A DNA stretch of 53,551 nucleotides from a virus (taxonomy: Duplodnaviria; Heunggongvirae; Uroviricota; Caudoviricetes). The position numbers and the translations under genes were made by a program. The stretch lies in the IMG/VR virus record IMGVR_UViG_2859805564_000008; one strand, written 5' to 3'. Positions 9,776 to 18,521 of the stretch are shown here, piece by piece. The notes below the pieces were generated by a model that was not told the DNA's origin, made no database searches, and saw only the letters and a program-made list of their open reading frames with translations. Positions within the stretch are counted from its first letter, which is position 1. Each line of letters opens with the position of its first letter.

Positions 9776-10161
9776 AGCTGATCCTGCCTTTTCCGCCCAG
9801 CGTGAACACGTACTGGCGACACCCCAACAAAGGGGCGTTTGCTGGTAAGAGCCTGATAAGCGCGGCGGGGCGCAAATTCCAGAGCGCGGCGTGTGCAGCA
9901 ATAGTTGAGCAGTTACGTCGTCTGCCAAAACCAACGTCGGCACCTGCTTCAGTGGAGATCGTGTTGTTTCCTCCGGATAACCGGATCCGCGATCTGGACA
10001 ACTATAACAAGGCGCTGTTTGACGCCCTGACCCACGCGGGTGTGTGGGAAGACGACAGTCAGGTGAAAAGAATGCTGGTGGAGTGGGGACCGGTTATCCC
10101 GGAAGGGAAGGTCGAGATCACTATCAGTAAGTACGAGAAAACGGCGGGTGCAGCCGCCTGA
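9772..10161 (+). CDS. rusA: RusA-family Holliday junction resolvase
   Basis: 129 aa with PPSVNTYWRH...DLDNYNKALFDALT pattern. Confidence 0.8.
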   Translation: MKLILPFPPSVNTYWRHPNKGAFAGKSLISAAGRKFQSAACAAIVEQLRRLPKPTSAPASVEIVLFPPDNRIRDLDNYNKALFDALTHAGVWEDDSQVKRMLVEWGPVIPEGKVEITISKYEKTAGAAA

Positions 10162-10180
10162 TTAAGAGGAGAAACGAAGT

Positions 10181-10978
10181 ATGAATAATCTGATGGTCAT
10201 TGATGGTATTGAAGTTCGTCGTGATGCTTATGGTCGTTACAGCCTGAACGATCTTCACAGGGCTGCCGGTTCTCTGGATAAGCATAAGCCTGCATTCTGG
10301 CTCCGCAATGAGCAAACTGAACGTTTAATAAGCGAGTTGCAGATTTGCAACTCGGTCAATATAGAGCCAGTTAACGTTATTCGTGGCGGAAATAACCAGG
10401 GGACGTATGTCTGCAAAGAACTGGTGTATGCCTATGCAATGTGGATAAGCCCGTCATTCCATCTTAAGGTGATCCGTACTTTCGACATGGTAACCAGCGC
10501 ACCGGAAAAATTATCCGGACAGGCTGCTGACAAGATGAAGGCTGGTGTGATTCTGCTGGACTTTATGCGCCGGGAGTTAAATCTGTCTAACTCATCTGTG
10601 CTTGGGGCCTGTCAGAAACTCCAGGAGGCTGTTGGCTTACCGAATCTGGCACCGCGTTATGCCATTGATGCTCCTGCTGACGCGCCTGATGGCTCAAGCC
10701 GCCCCACGCTGTCACTGAGTGCACTGCTGAAGCAGTATGGTATCCGCCTGACGGCTAATCAGGCATATCACCAGATGGCGAAGCTGGGGATCGTCGAACA
10801 GCGCGAACGATACAGCCGTACAGCGATTAACAACATCAAAAAATTCTGGTCGCTGACGGCGAAAGGCTGCATGTTCGGCAAGAACATCACCAGTCCTGCA
10901 AATCCGCGCGAGACGCAGCCGCATTTCTTCGAATCCCGATTCACTGAGCTGTTAAAGCTGCTCGATACCGTTCATTGA
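10181..10978 (+). CDS. KilA-N domain protein (antirepressor-like)
   Basis: N-terminal KilA-N-like region (YSLNDLHRA...ELVYAYAMWISPSFHL). Confidence 0.6.
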   Translation: MNNLMVIDGIEVRRDAYGRYSLNDLHRAAGSLDKHKPAFWLRNEQTERLISELQICNSVNIEPVNVIRGGNNQGTYVCKELVYAYAMWISPSFHLKVIRTFDMVTSAPEKLSGQAADKMKAGVILLDFMRRELNLSNSSVLGACQKLQEAVGLPNLAPRYAIDAPADAPDGSSRPTLSLSALLKQYGIRLTANQAYHQMAKLGIVEQRERYSRTAINNIKKFWSLTAKGCMFGKNITSPANPRETQPHFFESRFTELLKLLDTVH

Positions 10979-10979
10979 G

Positions 10980-11975
10980 GTGACCGTGAGAGCACTACTG
11001 ACCCCTGAAATTGCCCCGCGTATGGGGATCGTATTGTTCAGGCCAGGTTCAGAGCTGATGCCCCTGTTTATGCAGGGGCGTGTCCTGCTGGAGCCTGAGC
11101 CGGAGCGTTATTCATCTTTCGCCAGTGGTGCCGTTCCGGCGGCATCACAACCGCTGGCGGATGATCCTGCCGTTCGGGCCGTGTTCCGCGATGAGGCAGT
11201 GATCCGTCGTGCTGGTGGCGTGGAATGTCTTGAAAGCTGGTTACTTCGTGAAAAAGGCTGCCAGTGGCCTCATTCCGACTGGCACAGCGAGAACATGACC
11301 ACAATGCGACACGCTCCGGGCGCAATCCGTCTGTGCTGGCACTGCGATAACCAGCTGCGCGATCAGTTCACGGAACGGCTGGAATCAATGGCAACGGATA
11401 ACTGTGCCCGCTGGGTGTTGTCTGTTGTGCGTCGGGATCTCGGTTTTGATGACAGTCACGTTGTGACAATGCCGGAACTGTGCTGGTGGCTGGTTCGTAA
11501 TGACCTGGCGGATGCCTTACCGGAAAGTGCAGCCCGTAAGGCACTGAGATTACCGAAGCCTGTTGTGCCGTCTGTCACCCGGGAAAGTGACCTTGTTCCT
11601 TCGGTTCCTGCCACCAGCATCATCCAGGATAAGGCGAAAAAGGTGCTGGCGCTGAAAGTGGAGCCGGAGTCGCCGGAGTCTTTTATGTTACGCCCCAAAC
11701 GTCGCCGCTGGGTTAATGAAAAGTACACGCGCTGGGTTAAGACACAGCCGTGTGCATGTTGTGGAAAGCCTGCTGATGATCCCCACCACCTGATAGGTCA
11801 CGGTCAGGGTGGGATGGGTACAAAAGCGCATGACCTCTTTGTGTTGCCTTTGTGCAGAAAGCATCACGACGAGCTGCATGCGGATACCGTGGCATTTGAA
11901 GAGAAGTATGGCTCCCAGCTGGAGCTGATATTTCGTTTTATCGATCGTGCGCTGGCAATTGGCGTGCTGGCCTGA
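10980..11975 (+). CDS. DUF968-type nin-region protein with C-terminal HNH-like Cys/His motif
   Basis: GTG start; C-terminus CACCGKPADDPHHLIGHGQGGMGTKAHDLFVLPLCRKHHDELH. Confidence 0.6.
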   Translation: MTVRALLTPEIAPRMGIVLFRPGSELMPLFMQGRVLLEPEPERYSSFASGAVPAASQPLADDPAVRAVFRDEAVIRRAGGVECLESWLLREKGCQWPHSDWHSENMTTMRHAPGAIRLCWHCDNQLRDQFTERLESMATDNCARWVLSVVRRDLGFDDSHVVTMPELCWWLVRNDLADALPESAARKALRLPKPVVPSVTRESDLVPSVPATSIIQDKAKKVLALKVEPESPESFMLRPKRRRWVNEKYTRWVKTQPCACCGKPADDPHHLIGHGQGGMGTKAHDLFVLPLCRKHHDELHADTVAFEEKYGSQLELIFRFIDRALAIGVLA

Positions 11976-11990
11976 TTTTTTCGGAGAAAG

Positions 11991-12356
11991 GTGATGCGTG
12001 ATATTCAGATGGTTCTGGATCGTTGGGGAGCATGGGCGGCGAGTGATAGTTCAGGAGTAGATTATTCTCCTATAGCTGCTGGGTTTAAAGGGCTTCTTCC
12101 CTATACAAGCAAAACACGTCAGGCTTGTTCAGATAGTGATGCATTAATTATTGAAGGTTGTCTTGCACGTCTAAAGCAAAAAAGACCTGATGAGCATTCG
12201 CTTCTTGTGGCACATTATTTATACAGAATATCCAAGCGTAAGATTGCAAAGGCGCGTGGAAAGGATGAGAAACTAATACGCATTGAGATACAGATGGCTG
12301 AGGGGTTTATTGATGGATGCCTTTCAATTCTGGATATTAAACTTGAAATGGATTAG
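11991..12356 (+). CDS. late-gene antiterminator Q-like protein
   Basis: 121-aa ORF at the end of the nin region, just upstream of the late promoter/terminator region. Confidence 0.55.
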   Translation: MMRDIQMVLDRWGAWAASDSSGVDYSPIAAGFKGLLPYTSKTRQACSDSDALIIEGCLARLKQKRPDEHSLLVAHYLYRISKRKIAKARGKDEKLIRIEIQMAEGFIDGCLSILDIKLEMD

Positions 12357-12361
12357 TGAAA

Positions 12362-12379
12362 CCCCGGCTTAAGCCGGGG
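12362..12379. terminator. palindromic hairpin between convergent Q and NYN genes
   Basis: CCCCGGCTT-AAGCCGGGG perfect dyad overlapping the NYN stop codon; weak U-tracts. Confidence 0.4.
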
Positions 12380-13232
12380 ATGTTTCAGATTGAAGTGTTT
12401 TTTTCTTGGGCTCGTTCTTAGATGATTTTGTTTTCTTTTGACGATTGAGTTTTTTCTCTTTGCGTCTGTCAATATAATCGTCCCACCAATCAGGTTTTAC
12501 TGTTGGGACGATTCTGCAAATATCAGCAATTGCAACAACAATGTTGCTCGATTGCACTCCATCGACGTGCTCTGCCAGTGAGGGAGGAACTTGTTGGTTC
12601 ATTGGATCGAGGATAAAATCCACACCCTTTATACGGGCATGTTTAGCGGCAGGAACGAAATCAGCATCGCCAGCAATCAGGACGATCACATCAACTAGTT
12701 TCTCATGAGCAAGGATAGTTATATCCATACCAAGCTTAATATCGACGGCTTTTTGTTTATATTCGTAGTAGAAATCGTCGTTAGTTAACTCAGACCATTG
12801 AATTTCATTACGTAATAGTTTCTTAAGAGTATGTTCTTTTATTTGCCAGTTACCGACGTTTGAAAGAATACCCATACGAAGTGCCGTTTTACGATTCTTC
12901 CTTAGCTCCTCATGAAGCTTGTTTCGTAAAACATTCGGAGCATGTGTCTTGAAGTTTTTAGTTGATGGGGTTTTGTTGTCTCCATCAGGCAAAGGATACT
13001 TAATCTGTTTATCAAGCGGCGGGCAGTCGTAATAGTAAATACGGTAAAGCTCAAGTGGTTCACGGTCAGCGTGAGCACCATGTGGAACCTCTACATGAAA
13101 TTTAACAATTCGCCAGATTATTTTAACAAGTTGTTGGCTGTCTAACTCATGCCCAGGGAAATGTTTTCGTAGAAAGTAATCAATCCGACGGATGAAGTAG
13201 CCGCCGTCAATCAAGACTGCTGTTTTCTTCAT
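12369..13232 (-). CDS. NYN-domain (PIN-like/LabA-like) putative ribonuclease with Lys-rich C-terminal tail
   Basis: MKKTAVLIDGGYF ... VLIAGDADFVP acidic-residue pattern of NYN domains; C-terminal KKLNRQKKTKSSKNEPKKK; ATG at 13232, track GTG at 13244. Confidence 0.65.
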   Translation of the reverse strand: MKKTAVLIDGGYFIRRIDYFLRKHFPGHELDSQQLVKIIWRIVKFHVEVPHGAHADREPLELYRIYYYDCPPLDKQIKYPLPDGDNKTPSTKNFKTHAPNVLRNKLHEELRKNRKTALRMGILSNVGNWQIKEHTLKKLLRNEIQWSELTNDDFYYEYKQKAVDIKLGMDITILAHEKLVDVIVLIAGDADFVPAAKHARIKGVDFILDPMNQQVPPSLAEHVDGVQSSNIVVAIADICRIVPTVKPDWWDDYIDRRKEKKLNRQKKTKSSKNEPKKKTLQSETSPA

Positions 13233-13244
13233 TGAAAAACTCAC

Positions 13245-13303
13245 AAAAAAAGCTCAGAACCGTTGAGTAGACCCTAAATATTATCTACGAACAGTGCTGA
13301 GCT
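13245..13303 (-). terminator. leader hairpin plus U-tract immediately upstream of the NYN start
   Basis: Minus-strand hairpin (7-bp outer stem AGCTCAG/CTGAGCT, inner GTAGA/TCTAC) followed by U6-7 that abuts the start codon. Confidence 0.4.
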
Positions 13304-13311
13304 GGTGACGC

Positions 13312-13345
13312 AATAATTAACTATTGACATTTGCGTTGTCAACAA
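13312..13345 (-). promoter_or_regulatory. candidate sigma70 promoter driving the NYN gene
   Basis: Minus strand TTGACA - 17 bp - TAATTA, ending ~10 nt before the leader hairpin. Confidence 0.4.
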
Positions 13346-13430
13346 ATTTTGCACTGTTTAAATGTAAATTTTTTCTGCTGTCAACATATAGTGTCATCTT
13401 TGGTATGTTGACACTATATAAACGCTTACG
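13320..13430 (+). promoter_or_regulatory. candidate late promoter region (pR'-like) with repeated TTGACA/TGTCAA motifs
   Basis: Several TTGACA/TGTCAACA motifs and an A/T-rich -10-like TATATAAA between Q and the tR'-like terminator; exact promoter not resolved. Confidence 0.3.
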
Positions 13431-13485
13431 CGGTCCGCAAAAATAATTGTATCATGTTAAGAGTGGTTACTTCGACTCCTTCCTT

Positions 13486-13510
13486 AAAACCGCAGTTGAG
13501 CGGTTTTTTT
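13486..13510 (+). terminator. tR'-like intrinsic terminator
   Basis: AAAACCGC-AGTTGA-GCGGTTTTTTT hairpin with U-run. Confidence 0.65.
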
Positions 13511-13608
13511 GTACCTGTAAACCTGGTGCAGTACAGTAAACACGCTGGTGGTCGTGAATACTGGCTTTTTATCTTGCTGGCTTTTTAGACAAGAGTTATT
13601 GGTATGTC

Positions 13609-13827
13609 ATGTTAACCAGAAGGAAAAAAGACATGCTAAAACAGCAAGATATGACAGAAACGGCGAAAGTTGTTTTTAATGAATTAAGCATCGAACCGGC
13701 AACAGTCGGGGAGATTGCACAAAACACATATCTTTCACGCGAACGCTGTCAGTTAATACTGACCCAGTTGGTTATGGCGGGGCTGGCAGATTACCAGTTC
13801 GGCTGTTACAGACGCCTTCAGCAATGA
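13609..13827 (+). CDS. small hypothetical protein (possible winged-helix regulator)
   Basis: 72-aa ORF between the tR'-like terminator and the methyltransferase gene. Confidence 0.35.
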   Translation: MLTRRKKDMLKQQDMTETAKVVFNELSIEPATVGEIAQNTYLSRERCQLILTQLVMAGLADYQFGCYRRLQQ

Positions 13828-13976
13828 AGGACTTTTAATTTGTGAAAATGGGCGGCTGGTGGGTGTTGGTAGCACCTGCCAGCCATTCGCTCATGCTTAC
13901 TGGTCACAAGCGAACCACGGCCCACTGCTTTAGCGCAAAAGCAGAGTGAGCCTACCAGAGTTACGCTTACTGATCC

Positions 13977-15029
13977 ATGAAAAATACTGTAAAAATAAAC
14001 AGTGTTGATTTAATCAACGCTGATTGCCTGCATTTTATTCAGTCCCTGCCTGATGATTCCATTGACCTGATTGTTACCGATCCGCCTTACTTCAAGGTGA
14101 AACCTAACGGTTGGGACAATCAGTGGAAAGGGGACGAAGATTACCTTAAGTGGCTGGACCACTGTCTGGCCCAGTTCTGGCGGGTGTTAAAACCTGCCGG
14201 AAGCCTTTACCTGTTCTGTGGGCATCGCCTGGCATCTGATATTGAGATCATGATGCGTGAACGTTTCAACGTGCTTAACCATATCATCTGGGCGAAGCCG
14301 TCCGGACGTTGGAATGGGTGTAATAAAGAAAGTCTGCGCGCATATTTTCCTGCCACAGAGCGCGTTCTGTTTGCTGAACATTACCAGGGGCCATATCGCG
14401 GCAAAAGTGACGGCTATGCGGCAAAAGAAAGGGAACTCAAACAGCACATAATGGCACCGCTGATATCGTATTTCAGGGATGCTCGTGCCGAAATGGGTAT
14501 AACGGCAAAACAAATTGCCGAAGCCACAGGTAAGAAAAATATGGTTTCCCACTGGTTTGGTGCCAGTCAGTGGCAGTTGCCGAATGAGGCTGACTATCGG
14601 AAGTTACAGGCACTGTTTTCCCGTATAGCGGCAGAGAAGTTTCAGGAACAACAACTGGAACAACCACACCACCAGCTGGTGGCATCTTATGATTCACTGA
14701 ATCGCAAATATTCTGAATTGCTGGATGAGTTTAAATCTCTCCGGCGCTATTTCTCCGTATCAGTCTCCGTGCCTTATACCGATGTCTGGACGCATAAGCC
14801 CGTTCAGTTCTACCCGGGTAAACATCCGTGCGAGAAACCGGCGGATATGCTCCGGCAAATAATCAATGCCAGTAGTCGACCTGGTGATCTGGTTGCTGAT
14901 TTCTTTATGGGATCCGGTTCCACAATAAAAGCAGCAATGGCGCTGGGGCGTCGGGCGTTAGGTGTTGAACTTGAGTCAGAGCGGTTTAATCAGACGGTGA
15001 AAGAGGTAAGTGAACTGGTGGGGAAATAA
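13977..15029 (+). CDS. orphan DNA methyltransferase (beta-class, N6-adenine or N4-cytosine)
   Basis: DPPY catalytic motif (LIVTDPPYF) N-terminal and FxGxG SAM-binding motif (FFMGSGST) C-terminal; no adjacent nuclease gene. Confidence 0.8.
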   Translation: MKNTVKINSVDLINADCLHFIQSLPDDSIDLIVTDPPYFKVKPNGWDNQWKGDEDYLKWLDHCLAQFWRVLKPAGSLYLFCGHRLASDIEIMMRERFNVLNHIIWAKPSGRWNGCNKESLRAYFPATERVLFAEHYQGPYRGKSDGYAAKERELKQHIMAPLISYFRDARAEMGITAKQIAEATGKKNMVSHWFGASQWQLPNEADYRKLQALFSRIAAEKFQEQQLEQPHHQLVASYDSLNRKYSELLDEFKSLRRYFSVSVSVPYTDVWTHKPVQFYPGKHPCEKPADMLRQIINASSRPGDLVADFFMGSGSTIKAAMALGRRALGVELESERFNQTVKEVSELVGK

Positions 15030-15105
15030 TTCTGGTGGCCACGTTGCGTGGCCTTTTTATTTCCAACACAGCACCCGCAAATATCGCGAGGTGAGAGATG
15101 ACGAA

Positions 15106-15432
15106 ATGCCTCATAACCCAAATACCTGGCTGGACTTGGTCCAGAGCTGGTGGCGTGGAGACACACCGCTGGGTGCAGTGATTATGTCGATCGTTATGGC
15201 TGGTTTGCGCATCGCCTATTTTGGCGGTGGTGGTGGCTGGAAGCGAAAAACGCTCGAGATTTTGCTATGTGGCGCTCTGACGCTGACCTTTGCATCCGCT
15301 CTTGAGTATGTCGGATGGCCTAAATCACTTTCTGTTGCCATTGGTGGTGGGGTGGGGCTGATCGGTGTCGATGCTATTCGTGGGGCTGCAATGCGAGTAA
15401 TCGGTAACAAATTTGGTGGCTCTAAGGAGTAA
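15106..15432 (+). CDS. holin (putative)
   Basis: ~108-aa protein with 2-3 predicted TM segments and charged C-terminus, immediately upstream of the endolysin. Confidence 0.6.
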   Translation: MPHNPNTWLDLVQSWWRGDTPLGAVIMSIVMAGLRIAYFGGGGGWKRKTLEILLCGALTLTFASALEYVGWPKSLSVAIGGGVGLIGVDAIRGAAMRVIGNKFGGSKE

Positions 15433-15435
15433 TTT

Positions 15436-15912
15436 ATGCAGGTACTAAATTCCCAGCGTAAAGCTTTCCTTGATATGGTGGCTTGGTCAGAAGGAACGGA
15501 TAACGGACGACAACCGACACGTAACCACGGTTATGACGTTATTGTCGGTGGTGAACTCTTCACTGATTACTCCGATCACCCTCGCAAACTTGTCACGCTA
15601 AACCCCAAACTCAAATCAACAGCCGCCGGACGTTACCAGCTTCTTTCACGTTGGTGGGATGCTTACCGTAAACAGCTTGGTTTGAAAGACTTCTCCCCCA
15701 AAAGCCAGGACGCTGTGGCATTGCAGCAGATTAAAGAACGTGGCGCTTTACCGATGATTGATCGTGGTGATATTCGTCAGGCTATCGACCGTTGCAGCAA
15801 TATCTGGGCTTCGTTGCCGGGCGCTGGTTACGGTCAGTTCGAGCATAAGGCTGACAGCCTGATTGCAAAATTCAAAGAAGCAGGCGGAACGGTCAGAGAG
15901 ATTGAGGTATGA
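15436..15912 (+). CDS. R: endolysin, lambda R-type lytic transglycosylase
   Basis: 158 aa, near-identical in pattern to lambda R ([21 protein letters not shown]...). Confidence 0.9.
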   Translation: MQVLNSQRKAFLDMVAWSEGTDNGRQPTRNHGYDVIVGGELFTDYSDHPRKLVTLNPKLKSTAAGRYQLLSRWWDAYRKQLGLKDFSPKSQDAVALQQIKERGALPMIDRGDIRQAIDRCSNIWASLPGAGYGQFEHKADSLIAKFKEAGGTVREIEV

Positions 15913-16370
15913 GCAGAGTAACCGCGATTATTTCCGCTCTGGTTATCTGCATCATCGTTTGCTTGTCATGGGCTGTTAATCATTACCGCGATAACGCCAT
16001 TACCTACAAAGCCCAGCGCGACAAAAATGCCAAAGAACTGAAGCTGGCGAACTCGACAATTACTGACATGCAGATGCGTCAGCGTGATGTTGCTGCGCTC
16101 GATGCAAAATACACGAAGGAGTTAGCTGATGCGAAAGCTGAAAATGATGCTCTGCGTGATGATGTTGCCGCTGGTCGTCGTCGGTTGCACATCAAAGCAG
16201 TCTGTCAGTCAGTGCGTGAAGCCACCACCGCCTCCGGCGTGGATAATGCAGCCTCCCCCCGACTGGCAGACACCGCTGAACGGGATTATTTCACCCTCAG
16301 AGAGAGGCTGATCACTATGCAAAAACAACTGGAAGGAACCCAGAAGTATATTAATGAGCAGTGCAGATAG
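15909..16370 (+). CDS. Rz: i-spanin Rz
   Basis: 153 aa with N-terminal TM and coiled coil; lambda Rz-like. Confidence 0.85.
   Translation: MSRVTAIISALVICIIVCLSWAVNHYRDNAITYKAQRDKNAKELKLANSTITDMQMRQRDVAALDAKYTKELADAKAENDALRDDVAAGRRRLHIKAVCQSVREATTASGVDNAASPRLADTAERDYFTLRERLITMQKQLEGTQKYINEQCR
16129..16311 (+). CDS. Rz1: o-spanin Rz1 (lipoprotein, embedded in Rz in the +1 frame)
   Basis: 60 aa with lipobox LVVVGC and proline-rich region, nested inside Rz. Confidence 0.75.
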   Translation: MRKLKMMLCVMMLPLVVVGCTSKQSVSQCVKPPPPPAWIMQPPPDWQTPLNGIISPSERG

Positions 16371-16401
16371 CGCTGCCCATATCGATGGGCAACTCATGCA
16401 A

Positions 16402-16695
16402 TTATTGTGAGCAATACACCCGTGCTTCCAGCGGAGTATAAATGCCTAAAGTAATAAAACCGAGCAATCCATTTACGAATGTTTGCTGGGTTTCTGTTTT
16501 AACCACATTTTCTGCGCCGCCACAAATTTTGGCTGCATCAACAGTTTTCTCCTGTCCAATTCCCGAAACGAAGAAATGATGGGTGATGGTTTCCTTTGGT
16601 GTTACTGCTGTCGGTTTGTTTCCAACAGTAAACGTCTGTTGAGCACATCCTGTAATAAGCATTGCCAGAGCGGCAGAAAATAACATTTTTTTCAT
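16402..16695 (-). CDS. bor: Bor lipoprotein (serum-resistance-associated)
   Basis: MKKMLFSAALAMLITGCAQQ lipobox; lambda Bor-like; track ORF extends to 16743. Confidence 0.85.
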   Translation of the reverse strand: MKKMLFSAALAMLITGCAQQTFTVGNKPTAVTPKETITHHFFVSGIGQEKTVDAAKICGGAENVVKTETQQTFVNGLLGFITLGIYTPLEARVYCSQ

Positions 16696-17010
16696 CTTAT
16701 TATCCTGCATTGTTAAAAACGGCAGAATCCTATGTGACAACAATTAAACGATAGTTAAATGGATTGATGAAAATTAAAACTATATAGGTGTACGGTCAGA
16801 CTATTGGAGGTAGTCAGGATTTGAATGTCAGTCTGTTGTCGGCATTCTGGCAATGCAATTTGGATAAAGCGGGGATTAAAAAGATAGAGGCGAGCCGGTC
16901 AGGTAGAAATGAATCAGGCTCAAAGTGAAGCGGAAAAGGTCTGTGGCACAAACTGATGCTGCCATAATTACAGCCTGATGACTTGTGGAATGAAACATGT
17001 TGAACCTCCT

Positions 17011-17562
17011 TAATTGATGTGATTCGAGTGAGGAAGGCATTCTGTCCTTCTATAGTGTCCAGTAAATCAAACAGGAAGCTTGTCTCACGTGTGAGACAAG
17101 CCTCTCCATTAGCGAGTTGTATTGATTACAACTCTTCAAAGAGTTCATTACTGGGTAGATGAAAATAGTTTCACGACGAATGGAGGAGACTATGTCGGTG
17201 GCTTCTTCATTGGAGTACATATGCTCCCTCGAACCTCAAAAGCATGCCGAGTTCGCGGCTGCCGCCATACCACGACTGACCCGTGTTGAAGCTCCGTAAT
17301 TGATGTTATTCGAGTGAGGAAGGCATTCTGCCCCCCTATACTGTCCAGTAAATCAAACAGGAAACTTGCCTTACGCGTGAGACAAGCCTCTCCCATCAGT
17401 GAGTTGTATTGATCTCGACTCTTCAAAGAATTCATTACTGGGTAGATGAAAATAGTTTCACGATGAATGGAGGAGGCTATGTTGGTGGCTTCTTCATTGG
17501 AGTACATATGCCCCCACGAACCCCAAAAACCTGCCGTGTTCGCGGCTACCGCAATACCACCA
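17011..17562. repeat. tandem duplication of a ~286-bp unit
   Basis: Two ~90% identical direct copies (start ~17011 and ~17297), each with a GTCTCACGTGTGAGAC-type palindrome and a GGAGGAG-ATG small-ORF start. Confidence 0.8.
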
Positions 17563-17837
17563 CAGATCCGTCAGGCTATTGCAAAAGCCACAAAAGCGAA
17601 GGCTGGAAGCAATACAAGCCGGGCCAGTCCTGTCATCAGCGCGGTTATGGTTCGCGGGGTTGTCCCTCATGCTCGCCAGTCCTGTGCGGGGGTGGAAGAA
17701 ACAGGACACTCACACAGATTCTTGTGGGTCGATGCTATTCCTTTCTGGATTATCCCGATGCCATTCATGCAAGGCGCTGTATCAGACGTTCGTCATGGCT
17801 GTCAGGCTGACGGGTCCTCCCGGTGGGGTGGTCTGCC

Positions 17838-17900
17838 ACGGGGCGGGAGCGTCGCGGAAAAAGGCTAGTTTTTGAAATTTCATTCGTCATCACCACCACT
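17838..17900. promoter_or_regulatory. candidate cos site (cosN/cosB-like)
   Basis: ACGGGGCGGGAGCGTCGCGG resembles the lambda cos end (GGGCGGCGACCT) as I recall it; followed by TTCGTCAT and the dyad CCACTGTAATAGATTGATATTACAGTGG, upstream of the small terminase gene. Confidence 0.4.
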
Positions 17901-18026
17901 GTAATAGATTGATATTACAGTGGTTTTATTTTTATGGTGTCGATTTTGGTTGTTTTTTGTTCATCACTAACACCGTTTGCCTAAAGTTGTTCGCGAGATG
18001 CATGTTTAAAACATTCTGGAGCGGGT

Positions 18027-18521
18027 ATGGATCGAGAGTTAAAAAATCTGACGCTGAATATCAGTCAACTGGCGGCACTGTCAGGTGTACATCGCCAGAC
18101 TGCTGCGGCAAGGCTGCAAAATCTACCCGTTGCAGGGGGGCATGAAAGCAACCTCAAGCTTTATCGGGTGGTTGATATTGTGTCGGCATTTCTGGCATTG
18201 CCACCGCCGGTTGCAGAAGGCGAAATGGACGCGCATGAGCGCAAAGCCTGGTATCAGTCTGAACGTGAGCGTCTTAAGTTCGAACAGGAAACGGCACAAC
18301 TCATTCCGGCCAGTGATGTCAGACGGGAGTTTGCCATCTGGGCAAAAGCGGTCGTGCAGGTGCTGGAGACATTACCGGATATTCTGGAACGTGACTGCGG
18401 TCTGCAGCCTGCCGCTGTGAGCCGTGTTCAGTCCATTATTGATGATCTGCGCGATCAGATAGCCCTGCGGGTGACTGAAGCAGGTGCGGATGATGAGGAG
18501 GAATTACAGCAGGAGGAGTAA
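18027..18521 (+). CDS. terminase small subunit (Nu1-like, putative)
   Basis: 164 aa with N-terminal HTH-like region and acidic C-terminus; stop overlaps the large-subunit start. Confidence 0.6.
   Translation: MDRELKNLTLNISQLAALSGVHRQTAAARLQNLPVAGGHESNLKLYRVVDIVSAFLALPPPVAEGEMDAHERKAWYQSERERLKFEQETAQLIPASDVRREFAIWAKAVVQVLETLPDILERDCGLQPAAVSRVQSIIDDLRDQIALRVTEAGADDEEELQQEE

Noticed and set aside
13300-13600. Phage-borne tRNA genes between Q and the lysis genes
   Set aside because: No cloverleaf-compatible sequence with conserved T-loop found; region contains promoter-like motifs and a terminator instead
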